From: a virus
Taxonomy: Duplodnaviria; Caudoviricetes
Strand: one strand, 5' to 3'
IMG/VR virus record: IMGVR_UViG_3300028283_000029
Location: 1-24,829 of that record
Length of the DNA: 24,829 nucleotides
In this document: positions 16,046 to 24,723 of the stretch, piece after piece
Numbering within the stretch: position 1 is the first letter of the stretch
How the letters are laid out: every line of letters starts with the position of its first letter
Program-made: the position numbers and the translations under genes
The notes under the pieces: model-generated
What the model was told of the DNA's origin: nothing
What the model saw: only the letters and a program-made list of their open reading frames with translations
Databases searched by the model: none

Positions 16046-16978
16046 TTAATTCACTGATTTATATCCGGCCTTCAGCTCTGCAAATGCAGTGGGATCTTCT
16101 TTCTGCATTTTTGCAAGTCCCCTGGGGTCTTCTTTGGCCCACTTCAGGTAGTTCCAGTCCTGGCGACCTTCGGCAGCCGACTTACCTGATTTTGTCTTAT
16201 CGCTGAATGTCTGCTTTGCGGGCATTGCATCGATCAGGTCTTTGGCCTGCTTGAAATCGCTCACTGCGAGTTTTTCAAACGATTCACGCTTATCAGCCGT
16301 TAAACGGCCTTCAGCAATTGCTCCGTCGAGAAGCGTCTTGGCTTGTGCCAGACGATAATCGTTGAGTTGTTTTTCGGCTTTCTCCTTCTCGGCTGAAAGC
16401 GCAATAACGGCAGCATTAAGCGCGGTTGGGTCGGTCTCTTTCGATACCTTGAGCGCGGCAGCTGCTTCTGCGGTTAACATGATTTTGTCCATGGAATTTT
16501 CGATTTGATTTTTATTGATAAAAGCTTCTAAGTTCAATTTAATGGCATCGGAGGTACTGAGCAGCTCACCTTTTTGAGAATAGACCCTCAGGCACTGATC
16601 ATTGGAAGGTACTGCAGCCAGGGAGGCTTCCAGTAGTTCCCAGTCGGTGACCACCGGTACAAGGCCGTGATCTCCAAACGATCTTAACTCGGCTGCATTG
16701 ATTTGGATCCACATCGAGGATCCCTTAAGAAAACCCCGCTCTACTTTTCCCTCGATCTTCTTTGCATCCTCATCCTCGGTGTCAAACACCGGATCGGCTA
16801 ACAGTTGTTTCCCGTCAACACGCAGGTTATCCCAGCGTCCGATCAGGCTTTCCTGCTTGTGACCATGCAACATAACCGGATTGGATTTGAACCGGTCGAA
16901 CTTACCTCCGGCGTTTAGTACAGCAAAACCGTGGCTGTTTACGCGGGACTCGTCGTTTAATATAAATGGCTTTGGCAT
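16046..16978 (-). CDS. Prohead protease with C-terminal scaffold region
   Basis: Contains NSHGF..F.SNPVMLHGH...IGRW, KVERGFLKG.S and WELLEASL..VPSN. The C-terminal half is helical. Confidence 0.87.
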   Translation of the reverse strand: MPKPFILNDESRVNSHGFAVLNAGGKFDRFKSNPVMLHGHKQESLIGRWDNLRVDGKQLLADPVFDTEDEDAKKIEGKVERGFLKGSSMWIQINAAELRSFGDHGLVPVVTDWELLEASLAAVPSNDQCLRVYSQKGELLSTSDAIKLNLEAFINKNQIENSMDKIMLTAEAAAALKVSKETDPTALNAAVIALSAEKEKAEKQLNDYRLAQAKTLLDGAIAEGRLTADKRESFEKLAVSDFKQAKDLIDAMPAKQTFSDKTKSGKSAAEGRQDWNYLKWAKEDPRGLAKMQKEDPTAFAELKAGYKSVN

Positions 16979-17000
16979 CTTTGAGCGAATGAATTTCGAG

Positions 17001-17014
17001 CAAACATACGTTTG
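17001..17014. promoter_or_regulatory. Overlapping divergent TAnnTTTG boxes
   Basis: CAAACATACGTTTG gives TATGTTTG on the minus strand (17008-17001) and TACGTTTG on the plus strand (17007-17014), in the divergent intergenic region. Confidence 0.5.
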
Positions 17015-17121
17015 TAAAACCGCTCAGGCAAACATCCATAAAACACTAAAATACTTATACATAACTGTACGCGCGTTTTTTTAAAATAGCGCTTTTTACC
17101 ATCATTTTTGTAAATAAAAGT

Positions 17122-17601
17122 ATGGCACCCAGACCCAAGAGACCAGGACGGTCGGTTAGGAATCCAGAGAAATACGAATACGCCTACCTGCTGTTCATGC
17201 AGAAAGTGCAGCAAGACGACATCTGCAAACGTGTCGGGGTTTCGCCTCCGACCCTTCTGCAGTGGAAGCGCAGTGGCGGCTGGGAAGGAAAACGTGCTGC
17301 CCGCACCATCTCCCTGGATGATCTCATGCAAAAGGCCCTGCAACGAGTCAATGATTTGCTGGATAAAGAAGAAAATTTTAATGCCGATTCGTTTGCAAAG
17401 GCCGTCAAACAGCTCAAAGAGCTTAAAACATCCTCAACGATCGATGACGATATCAGCTCGTTCATGTCCTTCCAGGATTTCATGATCCAGCAACGATCCA
17501 ATTACCGGGACCTTACCGACGATTTCATCAAGATGGTGACCAAATACCAGGATATCTATATTCAATTCCGTCTCGGAAATGGCAAATTACCGAACAAATA
17601 A
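17122..17601 (+). CDS. Putative terminase small subunit (HTH, DUF1804-like)
   Basis: HTH-like A..LF....Q.DIC.RVGVS..TL..W...GGW. Overlaps the start of the large terminase gene. Confidence 0.75.
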   Translation: MAPRPKRPGRSVRNPEKYEYAYLLFMQKVQQDDICKRVGVSPPTLLQWKRSGGWEGKRAARTISLDDLMQKALQRVNDLLDKEENFNADSFAKAVKQLKELKTSSTIDDDISSFMSFQDFMIQQRSNYRDLTDDFIKMVTKYQDIYIQFRLGNGKLPNK

Positions 17602-19090
17602 AGAACTTCACGAGCGTTGGAATAACCGCGTCGAGTGGGTGTTGTCTGAGGACTTTCACCTGGAGGATTCCCCCAGGGAAAAGGAGGACCGCATCGAGCG
17701 AGCCCGCAAGGATTATGCCTTTTTCGTCAGTACTTACTTCGGACGACTGGCCCCCAAAAAATGCGGGAAATTCCAGATCGATGCTGCAAACTACCTGAAG
17801 AAGACCAAGGAAACCCGTGCCCTGTTCGAGTGGGCCAGGGGACATGCCAAGAGTTCACACCTTTCGCTAATGATCCCCCTGTGGCTGAAGATCCAGTCAC
17901 CAAAGCAGCTCAATGTAATGATCCTGGTGAGCAAAAGCGAAGACCTGGCCATCCGCCTTCTTAGCGACTTACAGGCCGAACTGCAGTACAACAAGACTTT
18001 TATTAACGATTTTGGGGAACAGGTGAGAACCGGTTCCTGGGCCGACGGTGAATTCAACACCACCGACGGCTGTTTATTCATGGCCGTAGGAAGATCGCAA
18101 AGCCCCCGAGGACTTAAGGACCGGGGGAAACGGCCCGACTATATCGTGGTGGATGATATCGACGACGATGAACTGGTACGAAATCCCCGCCGCGTGGGCG
18201 ATGCCCATGAATGGATGCTCACGGCCCTGGCCGGGACCATGGAGATGGGCCGGGGACGATTCGTAATGGTAGGAAACCGGATCGGAAAAGACAGTATCCT
18301 CAGCCGGTTTTCACTTCGACCTGGTGTGCATCATACTACCGTCAATGCCCTGGATAAAAACGGGATCCCCAGCTGGAGTGAAAACTACAGCCGCGACGAG
18401 ATCCTGCGCATGAGGGACTTCATCGGCGAACGCAGGTTCCAGAAAGAGTACATGAACAACCCGATCAACGAGGGTACCGTCTTTCAGAAAAAGCACATTC
18501 AGTTTGGTCCAATGATGGATCTCAAACACTATCGTACCCTCATCTGCTACACCGACCCGAGTTTCAAGCAAAGCCTCACGGCTGACTTCAAGGCTACGAT
18601 CCTCGTGGGCAAGACCCCTGAGGGACAATTTCACGTCCTGAAAGTTTATGCCGATCAAACCTCGGTAATGACGATGGTCTCCTGGCATTACGAGATCATG
18701 GATTATGTCAAGGGCCAGGTGCCGGTAATGTATTTCATGGAAAGCAATTTCCTGCAGGAACTGCTGCTTGATGAATTCAAGAAAGCCGGTAACCTCAGTG
18801 GCCACCAGATCCCTGTGCGCGGGGACATGCGCAAGAAACCCGACAAATTTGCCCGTATCGAAGCCATGCAACCCCTGTTTGAACGAGGATTGATCACAAT
18901 GAACCAGAAAGAAAAGGACTCCCAGGGAATGATCGTGCTGGAAGAGCAGCTTCTGATGTTCGAGAAAGGCAGTAAAAGCCACGACGACGCGCCGGATGCC
19001 CTGGAAGGTGCAATCTGGATGCTTTCACAGCGCAGCCGTGCCTCCAATGCTCAATACATTTCAGGATTACGAGAAAACAGACACTATTAA
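17579..19090 (+). CDS. terL: Terminase large subunit
   Basis: Walker A-like ARGHAKS, Walker B RPDYIVVDD, and nuclease motifs YTDPS and HDDAPDALEG. Confidence 0.94.
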   Translation: MANYRTNKELHERWNNRVEWVLSEDFHLEDSPREKEDRIERARKDYAFFVSTYFGRLAPKKCGKFQIDAANYLKKTKETRALFEWARGHAKSSHLSLMIPLWLKIQSPKQLNVMILVSKSEDLAIRLLSDLQAELQYNKTFINDFGEQVRTGSWADGEFNTTDGCLFMAVGRSQSPRGLKDRGKRPDYIVVDDIDDDELVRNPRRVGDAHEWMLTALAGTMEMGRGRFVMVGNRIGKDSILSRFSLRPGVHHTTVNALDKNGIPSWSENYSRDEILRMRDFIGERRFQKEYMNNPINEGTVFQKKHIQFGPMMDLKHYRTLICYTDPSFKQSLTADFKATILVGKTPEGQFHVLKVYADQTSVMTMVSWHYEIMDYVKGQVPVMYFMESNFLQELLLDEFKKAGNLSGHQIPVRGDMRKKPDKFARIEAMQPLFERGLITMNQKEKDSQGMIVLEEQLLMFEKGSKSHDDAPDALEGAIWMLSQRSRASNAQYISGLRENRHY

Positions 19091-19091
19091 T

Positions 19092-19319
19092 ATGAAAAAA
19101 CTCCGGGAATTCATCTTCCGCATACGCTTGCGCAGAGCCGTTAGAACTGCAAATAAAGAGGCTCAACTCTGGAACCGCCGAATGCTGGTCATCGCCTTTG
19201 AGGGACGACCTAAAGTATTCGAGAAACAGCGGCTTAAAGCCCTGATCAAACAGGGTTACTTTAAAAAAGGGGTCACCATCGAGATCCTTGAAAAAATGGC
19301 TTATCACATAACACGGTAA
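19092..19319 (+). CDS. Small basic hypothetical protein
   Basis: 75 aa from ATG 19092, just after the terL stop, filling the gap to the next gene. Confidence 0.65.
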   Translation: MKKLREFIFRIRLRRAVRTANKEAQLWNRRMLVIAFEGRPKVFEKQRLKALIKQGYFKKGVTIEILEKMAYHITR

Positions 19320-19323
19320 CAAG

Positions 19324-19806
19324 ATGTTTTTAAACGAAAGCGAACTCAGATCGGTAATTTACAGTTACCAGCTTAACGAGATCCTCGAACTGTCAGAGGA
19401 AAATGATACCACCGACATCGTTTTGATGGCGATATCGGCAGCCGTGGAGGAAATGAAAAGCTACCTCTCACCCAACGAACAGGGTCGCTGGAACGATGGC
19501 CGCAAACGCTATGACGTAGCGGCCATCTTTTCGGCCACCGAAGATGCCCGCAATCCCCTGATCCTGGAACTCTGCAAAAACATCGCCCTGTATTACGTAT
19601 GCCGACTTGCAAACGTCGATATCATACATGAAAAAGTAAAGGAAGGTTACGACCGGGCCATTGACTGGCTGGAAAAAGTTTCAGGTACCGGGAAATCAGC
19701 CGGTGCACCGGCACTCTCTCCCGATCTTCCAATCCTGGCAATTCCTGAAGCAGACGTTTCTCTCATGTTCCGTTTCGGAAGCAAGGAGAAGTTCAACCAC
19801 GAATAA
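19324..19806 (+). CDS. Mu gp36-like (DUF1320) head-tail adaptor
   Basis: Contains A..EMKSYL..RYDV.AIF..RNPLIL..C..IALY and YDRAIDWLE.V..G...PDLP. Confidence 0.85.
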   Translation: MFLNESELRSVIYSYQLNEILELSEENDTTDIVLMAISAAVEEMKSYLSPNEQGRWNDGRKRYDVAAIFSATEDARNPLILELCKNIALYYVCRLANVDIIHEKVKEGYDRAIDWLEKVSGTGKSAGAPALSPDLPILAIPEADVSLMFRFGSKEKFNHE

Positions 19807-19840
19807 CCCAATAATTAATGCAAATCCTCAAACGTGAGCG

Positions 19841-21049
19841 ATGAATAACAGAAAACAGGGCCAAGGGGCCGTTAACTTGAAAGCCAGCCCCACAGGGCAG
19901 CAAATTGCCAAAAATCGCAAAGACGGGTATTACTCAAAAATAGCCCCGAAAGCAGTAAGCCAGGCACGCAGCGATATCGCCACCTGGAAAGCAGCCATAC
20001 GGCAAGCCTCAGCCATTGAGAATCCGCGCAGGATTCGCCTGCAGAACCTTTACAAAGACATTCTCTTTGATGCCCTGCTTACCTCCCAGATCGAAAACCG
20101 CAGGATGCAGACCATTTCCTCTCAGTTCACACTCACTGATCAGAACGGCAAGGAAAATGAAGAAGCAACGGCCCTTCTGCGTTCCTCACGTTTCTATTAT
20201 GACCTGGTGAAAAACATCCTCGACAGTGTTTTCTTTGGCCCTACCCTGGTTGAATTACTCTCTGATCAAAACGGCCTGCGGGTAATTACCATTCCGCGTA
20301 ATAACATTGAACCAACTAACGGTATTCTGCTGCTCGATGAAAACGACAGCCAGGGCATAGAGTACCGTAATGCAAAGGAATTCGGCAGCTGGCTTCTTGA
20401 ATTCGGAAATCCAACCGATTTCGGATTGCTCAATAAAGCCATTCCGCATGTACTGTTCAAACGATATGCCCAGAGCTGTTGGAGTGAGCTGTGCGAGATC
20501 TACGGGATCCCGCCCAGGGTAATGTACACCAACACCCAGGATCCCGCCATGCTGAGCCGGGGTGAACAAATGATGCGCGACATGGGCGCAGCCGCCTGGT
20601 TCATTATTGACTCAACTGAAAAGTTTGAATTTGCCAAAGGAGCCGATACCAACGGCGATGTATATAACAACCTCATCCGCCTGTGCAATAATGAGAACTC
20701 TCTGCTGATCAGTGGGGCCGTAATTGGTCAGGATACCAAAAACGGGAACGAGAGCAAGGAAAAAGTCTCCGTTGAACTACTATCCCGCCTGGTCGATTCT
20801 GACAAATCCATGGTTGAAGGATATTTCAACTCGGTCGTCCTGAATGCACTATTTAAAATCGGCGCAATTCCCGACGGTCTGGTATTCAAATTTGAGCAGC
20901 AGGAAGACATCAACCGGCTTTACACCTGGACCCTGGGTTTCATGCAATACATGGAAGTGGATCCGGAGTGGGTCAAGGAAAAGTTCGGCGTTGAAGTTTC
21001 AGGGCCAAAACAGGTCACAGGTCCCGCCGGTTTAAGTTTTTTCGACTAA
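19841..21049 (+). CDS. Portal protein (DUF935/Mu gp29-like)
   Basis: Contains LY.DI..DA.L.SQI..R, GLLNKA.PHVLFKR.AQSCW...EIYGIP.R and S.LI.G..IGQ. Lies between gp36-like and MuF genes. Confidence 0.88.
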   Translation: MNNRKQGQGAVNLKASPTGQQIAKNRKDGYYSKIAPKAVSQARSDIATWKAAIRQASAIENPRRIRLQNLYKDILFDALLTSQIENRRMQTISSQFTLTDQNGKENEEATALLRSSRFYYDLVKNILDSVFFGPTLVELLSDQNGLRVITIPRNNIEPTNGILLLDENDSQGIEYRNAKEFGSWLLEFGNPTDFGLLNKAIPHVLFKRYAQSCWSELCEIYGIPPRVMYTNTQDPAMLSRGEQMMRDMGAAAWFIIDSTEKFEFAKGADTNGDVYNNLIRLCNNENSLLISGAVIGQDTKNGNESKEKVSVELLSRLVDSDKSMVEGYFNSVVLNALFKIGAIPDGLVFKFEQQEDINRLYTWTLGFMQYMEVDPEWVKEKFGVEVSGPKQVTGPAGLSFFD

Positions 21050-21065
21050 GCCCCTTCAGGGGGCT
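21037..21065 (+). promoter_or_regulatory. Candidate programmed -1 frameshift signal (portal to MuF)
   Basis: In-frame heptamer T TTT TTC (21037-21043), a 5-nt spacer, then hairpin AGCCCC-TTCAG-GGGGCT (21049-21065). The -1 frame is open straight into the MuF ORF. Confidence 0.7.
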
Positions 21066-21219
21066 CCACGCATCACTTGGTAATCTCTACCATGTAGGAT
21101 GCGATTGCCATTCCATCGTAACCCTGGCGGCCCAGGATAAGAAAGCAGCCGCCATCGATCCAAAGGTTTTTGAAGCGGCCACAAAGCACATCCATTCCAA
21201 GGGCCAGTACTCGGCGAAA

Positions 21220-22521
21220 ATGCTCGGGGATCCACAGATCAAAAAGTTAATCACTGAGACAAACAGGGTCCTAAATACTGCAGTCGATAAAGGGTTAAAG
21301 GATAATATGCCTGCGGATGAGACCGTAAGCAAACTCCGAGAGGATGTCTTTGTGTTTTCCGCCTGCAAAACCCATATTCAGTTAAAGGAAGTTTCAACCA
21401 GGTTACTCGATGAGAACGGCAAAATCCAGTCCTGGCAAAACTTCTCTCGGCAGGTAATGGCAACGCATAAAGAATACAACGAGAATTACCTTCAGGCCGA
21501 ATACATTTTCGCTACCTCCAGTGCCGAAATGGCTGGCCGTTGGAGCCAGTTCGATCAGGAGGGAACCAGGTATAACCTCCAGTACCGCACCGCCCAGGAT
21601 AACCGGGTACGTGAATCTCACCGGGCCATGGCCGGGATCACTTTGCCCGCCGATGATCCCTTCTGGGATTCTTACTTTCCTCCCAACGGATGGCGTTGCC
21701 GCTGTACCACAGTCCAGGTATCCAAAGGCAAGTATCCCGAAAGCGACTCAGGGGATTCAATCAAAAAAGCTGAAGTAGCCACCACCCAGATCGATTCCAA
21801 AGGCCGCAACCGTGGCGAAATGTTCCGGTTTAATCCCGGCAAGCAACAGGTTATATTTCCTCCGAATCATCCGTATTACAAGGTAAAAGCCGCTATTCCT
21901 AAGACCCTTGAAAAAGAGGTCCCCAAAGAATACACCGACGAGGATATCAAAGTACTCATGGAAAGTTCGGGGTACGAACGCTGCCTTAAACGGGTTGAAA
22001 CGGATAAGAAATTCAAACCATACGCCAACGTGAAAAAGGAAGAACTTGCTGCGATCAATCACTACACTGAAGGCGGTTATTTTAAACTCAATTCAGGATT
22101 GGCAAAAAAAGACAATACTCCCTCCGTTACGAGTCTCGAAAAGGTATTGAACGCTGCCCTGGATAAACTCCCAAAGGATAAAGACCAGGCATATTTTAGA
22201 GGCAAGAGCTTAAGACCCGAAGTTGTGCAATTGTACAAAAAGCATTTTGAAGACCAGACTCCAAAAGAAGAGCATAACTTTACAAGTGCAACCAAAAAGA
22301 AAACGATTGCCGAGGATTTTGGTGCATCCAACTTAGGGGAACATTCAACATTATTTAGGATTCATGGAAAGAACGCCAGGGACGTTCAGCCTCTGAGTGA
22401 ACATTGGAAGGAGGCTGAAGTACTATTCAAAAGCAAGACCAGATTCATGGTCAGGGATTTCAAGGAAATAAAAGTAAAGGATGAACTGCGTTATGAGGTG
22501 GAACTGGAAGAGATTGAATAA
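21220..22521 (+). CDS. MuF (Mu gp30-like) minor head protein with C-terminal ADP-ribosyltransferase toxin domain; frame is open from 20995
   Basis: MuF motifs LQYRTA.D.RVR.SH and FW...FPPNGWRCRC. C-terminal ART motifs HYT..GY..LN..L, ALDKLP, YFRG, FTSAT and EAEVLF (R-S-ExE). Confidence 0.9.
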   Translation: MLGDPQIKKLITETNRVLNTAVDKGLKDNMPADETVSKLREDVFVFSACKTHIQLKEVSTRLLDENGKIQSWQNFSRQVMATHKEYNENYLQAEYIFATSSAEMAGRWSQFDQEGTRYNLQYRTAQDNRVRESHRAMAGITLPADDPFWDSYFPPNGWRCRCTTVQVSKGKYPESDSGDSIKKAEVATTQIDSKGRNRGEMFRFNPGKQQVIFPPNHPYYKVKAAIPKTLEKEVPKEYTDEDIKVLMESSGYERCLKRVETDKKFKPYANVKKEELAAINHYTEGGYFKLNSGLAKKDNTPSVTSLEKVLNAALDKLPKDKDQAYFRGKSLRPEVVQLYKKHFEDQTPKEEHNFTSATKKKTIAEDFGASNLGEHSTLFRIHGKNARDVQPLSEHWKEAEVLFKSKTRFMVRDFKEIKVKDELRYEVELEEIE

Positions 22522-22679
22522 TCAGCATCGGGGGGATAGCAGCTATCAACCTTCTTTGCGAAACGGCGGCCTGCAATGCGCACCTGTTCTTTTTCCGGCT
22601 CTGTCATGGCTGCCCATTCGCGATCTTGCTGCTCTTCAATCTTGCGAAATTTCTCCTGTATTTCTTTTGAAAATGCCAT
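22491..22679 (-). CDS. Small charged helical protein convergent with MuF-ART (candidate immunity/antitoxin)
   Basis: 62 aa from ATG 22679 (MAFSKEIQEKF..). A TATCTTTG box lies 19 nt upstream, and the 3' end overlaps the ART gene by 31 bp. Confidence 0.55.
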   Translation of the reverse strand: MAFSKEIQEKFRKIEEQQDREWAAMTEPEKEQVRIAGRRFAKKVDSCYPPDADYSISSSSTS

Positions 22680-22698
22680 GATGCTTAACTTGGGAAAA

Positions 22699-22706
22699 CA
22701 AAGATA
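22699..22706 (-). promoter_or_regulatory. Bacteroidota -7 promoter box
   Basis: TATCTTTG on the minus strand matches TAnnTTTG. No clear -33 box was seen. Confidence 0.55.
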
Positions 22707-22757
22707 CAACAGATTTCGACATTTCGTTCACCTGATTTAAAATATTTTTAAAAAGCA

Positions 22758-23303
22758 ATGAAAAACGACTTCTTCCAGAACCTGCTTACCGACCTGAAGG
22801 TTGACCTGATGGATGAGTTCGACAAGAACTTCGAGCGGAAGGGGTTTTTTGATGATCCCTGGAAGCAAACCCGTATGCCGAACCGCCGGGGATCCCTGCT
22901 TATGCGCACGGGGGCACTCAGGCGAAGCATCCGGGGAGTGGTCAAGGGTAACGGGATCCAGTTCTTTTCATCCCTGCCCTATGCCGCTATCCATAACGAG
23001 GGAGGAACCATCACCGTAACAGCCAAAATGAAGCGGTTTTTCTGGGCGATGTACTATAAAACTTCGGGTACCGTGACCAAAACGGCCAAAGGACAGGCCC
23101 GAAACACAGCCCGTAACCGGGCCTTTGTCGCTGAAGCCGGGTATTGGAAGGCCATGGCCCTGAAAAAAATCGGCAGTAAAATCAAAATTGAGCAGCGGCA
23201 ATTCTTGGGCCCCCATGAAGGGGTTGACCGGGTAGTACAAGCCGTCGTAGACCGCAGCATGAAAGACTTTGAAACATCAATTAATCAACAATTAAAGCGA
23301 TGA
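22758..23303 (+). CDS. Phage virion morphogenesis protein (Mu gpG-like)
   Basis: Contains F..NFER.GF....W, LMRTGALRRSI, PYAAIHNEGG and QRQFLG. Confidence 0.88.
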   Translation: MKNDFFQNLLTDLKVDLMDEFDKNFERKGFFDDPWKQTRMPNRRGSLLMRTGALRRSIRGVVKGNGIQFFSSLPYAAIHNEGGTITVTAKMKRFFWAMYYKTSGTVTKTAKGQARNTARNRAFVAEAGYWKAMALKKIGSKIKIEQRQFLGPHEGVDRVVQAVVDRSMKDFETSINQQLKR

Positions 23304-23812
23304 AACAACTTATAAACCTGATCAAGTTTCGCCTGCAGGAAAAGGTACCTGCCCTGAAATATATCGATGAAGACTGGGGACAGTTGGATTATTACAACCC
23401 GAACCAGCCGGTGAAGTGGCCCTGCGTGCTGATCGACGTGAATCAGGTCGCCTGGACCAACGAGGGACAGCACGTGCAGCTCGGCAATGCCAGCGTTTCG
23501 ATCAGGGTGGCCGACATGCGCCTCTCAAATTCCAACATTAAAGCCCCTCAGGTGCAACGTACCAGGGCCGAGGGTATCTTTGACTTACTGTTGAACATTC
23601 ATGCAGCCCTGCACGGCTGGACGGGCGACAATATGAATTCTCCGCTCACCAGGTTAACCACCCGTAAAGTGAACCGGGATGATGGCATAAGGGAATTCGA
23701 GGTGATTTACGTTTCACAGATCACCGACGACAGCGCGAAGATCCTCTATGAGTCATACCCGATGACTGCACAAAAGATCCAGATCGTGGTTGAAACAAAA
23801 AACCCGGCTTGA
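23300..23812 (+). CDS. Putative tail terminator/completion protein (gp37-like)
   Basis: Contains VPALKYIDEDWGQL...PVKWPCVLID and I.AALHGW. Overlaps the upstream stop (ATGA). Confidence 0.7.
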   Translation: MKQLINLIKFRLQEKVPALKYIDEDWGQLDYYNPNQPVKWPCVLIDVNQVAWTNEGQHVQLGNASVSIRVADMRLSNSNIKAPQVQRTRAEGIFDLLLNIHAALHGWTGDNMNSPLTRLTTRKVNRDDGIREFEVIYVSQITDDSAKILYESYPMTAQKIQIVVETKNPA

Positions 23813-23823
23813 GACCGGGTTTT
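23797..23823. terminator. Bidirectional intrinsic terminator
   Basis: AAAAAACCCGG-CTTGAGA-CCGGGTTTT between convergent genes. Confidence 0.75.
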
Positions 23824-23848
23824 CACTGTTGTTACGCTGATGCGCTTT

Positions 23849-24040
23849 TCAATTACGAAATATCAGTTCATCACCCGGAAGGTGATCGGTGATCATCACC
23901 ATGATCAGGGAAAGGTCCAGTGGATTAAGGTCACTGGCTACACTCACCAAGCGGGATAAAGCCCTGATCCTATCTCTGATCTCTTCGCAGTCCAGATTCG
24001 GAACCACAAGTTCAAATTTACCGTCCTTGCTTACGATCAT
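23849..24040 (-). CDS. Hypothetical protein
   Basis: 63 aa, with ATGA overlap to the BRO-N gene stop. Confidence 0.6.
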   Translation of the reverse strand: MIVSKDGKFELVVPNLDCEEIRDRIRALSRLVSVASDLNPLDLSLIMVMITDHLPGDELIFRN

Positions 24041-24702
24041 CCCTCACCTCCTTTCTCAAAAATCTGCAGCTGGCCGTTGCGGGTATCTTCAAGCTGGTTC
24101 AGGTACTTGATCCTGCGCTCTCTGATCTCGGCCTGCTCCTTGCGGATGCGTGCCATGCGCATGATGTAGCCCGAAAAATTTCCAGATACGCGAATGCGGT
24201 CGTTGAAGCTGCAGAATTCCTGCGGATTGCGACGACGGCGGCTATCCCGGCTGCCACTGGTTGTGCTCAGTCGAAGCCTTTGCAGCAATTCAAGGTAGTC
24301 GTAATACGGATGCCCGTTAATGATTACCCCGTGCAATCCCAGCAAATCGGGGGCCACGGTCATGGAATAGGATCCTTTGCGGCGGAGAGCAGGCATTACT
24401 TCGCTTGTTACCCATTTGCGGAACCGGCGTGCTTCTGGTTTGTTGGATCTGAAGACAAGTCCATAAAGACCTGATTCATTAACAAACCAGGTTGCTCCTT
24501 GACGACCTGCCAAAAGTTTAGCCCGTTCATCATCATCGAGCCGTTTAATAACCTTACTTGGGTTTGTGTGATCAAGAATGTCGCAAACATCAATTGCAGC
24601 GAACCAGGGTTGATCTTCCAGGACGATTGTCCTTAATGGATGGTGTTCATCAAAGCTGAACACGGTTGGCAGCGTACTGCCATGCTCTTTTTGTGATAGC
24701 AT
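24037..24702 (-). CDS. BRO-N domain protein (antirepressor-like)
   Basis: Contains LRT....QPWF.A.DVC.IL, RLDDDE and VNESGLY.LVFRSNKPEARRFRKWVTSEV.PALR..G.Y. Confidence 0.92.
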   Translation of the reverse strand: MLSQKEHGSTLPTVFSFDEHHPLRTIVLEDQPWFAAIDVCDILDHTNPSKVIKRLDDDERAKLLAGRQGATWFVNESGLYGLVFRSNKPEARRFRKWVTSEVMPALRRKGSYSMTVAPDLLGLHGVIINGHPYYDYLELLQRLRLSTTSGSRDSRRRRNPQEFCSFNDRIRVSGNFSGYIMRMARIRKEQAEIRERRIKYLNQLEDTRNGQLQIFEKGGEG

Positions 24703-24723
24703 TGTAATTTGATTTTGGTAAAT

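Noticed and set aside
21037-21219. Portal-MuF break as a pseudogenising frameshift
   Set aside because: The portal is full length by itself, and the break coincides with a correctly phased slippery heptamer and spaced hairpin, which favours recoding. A read-level check is still needed.
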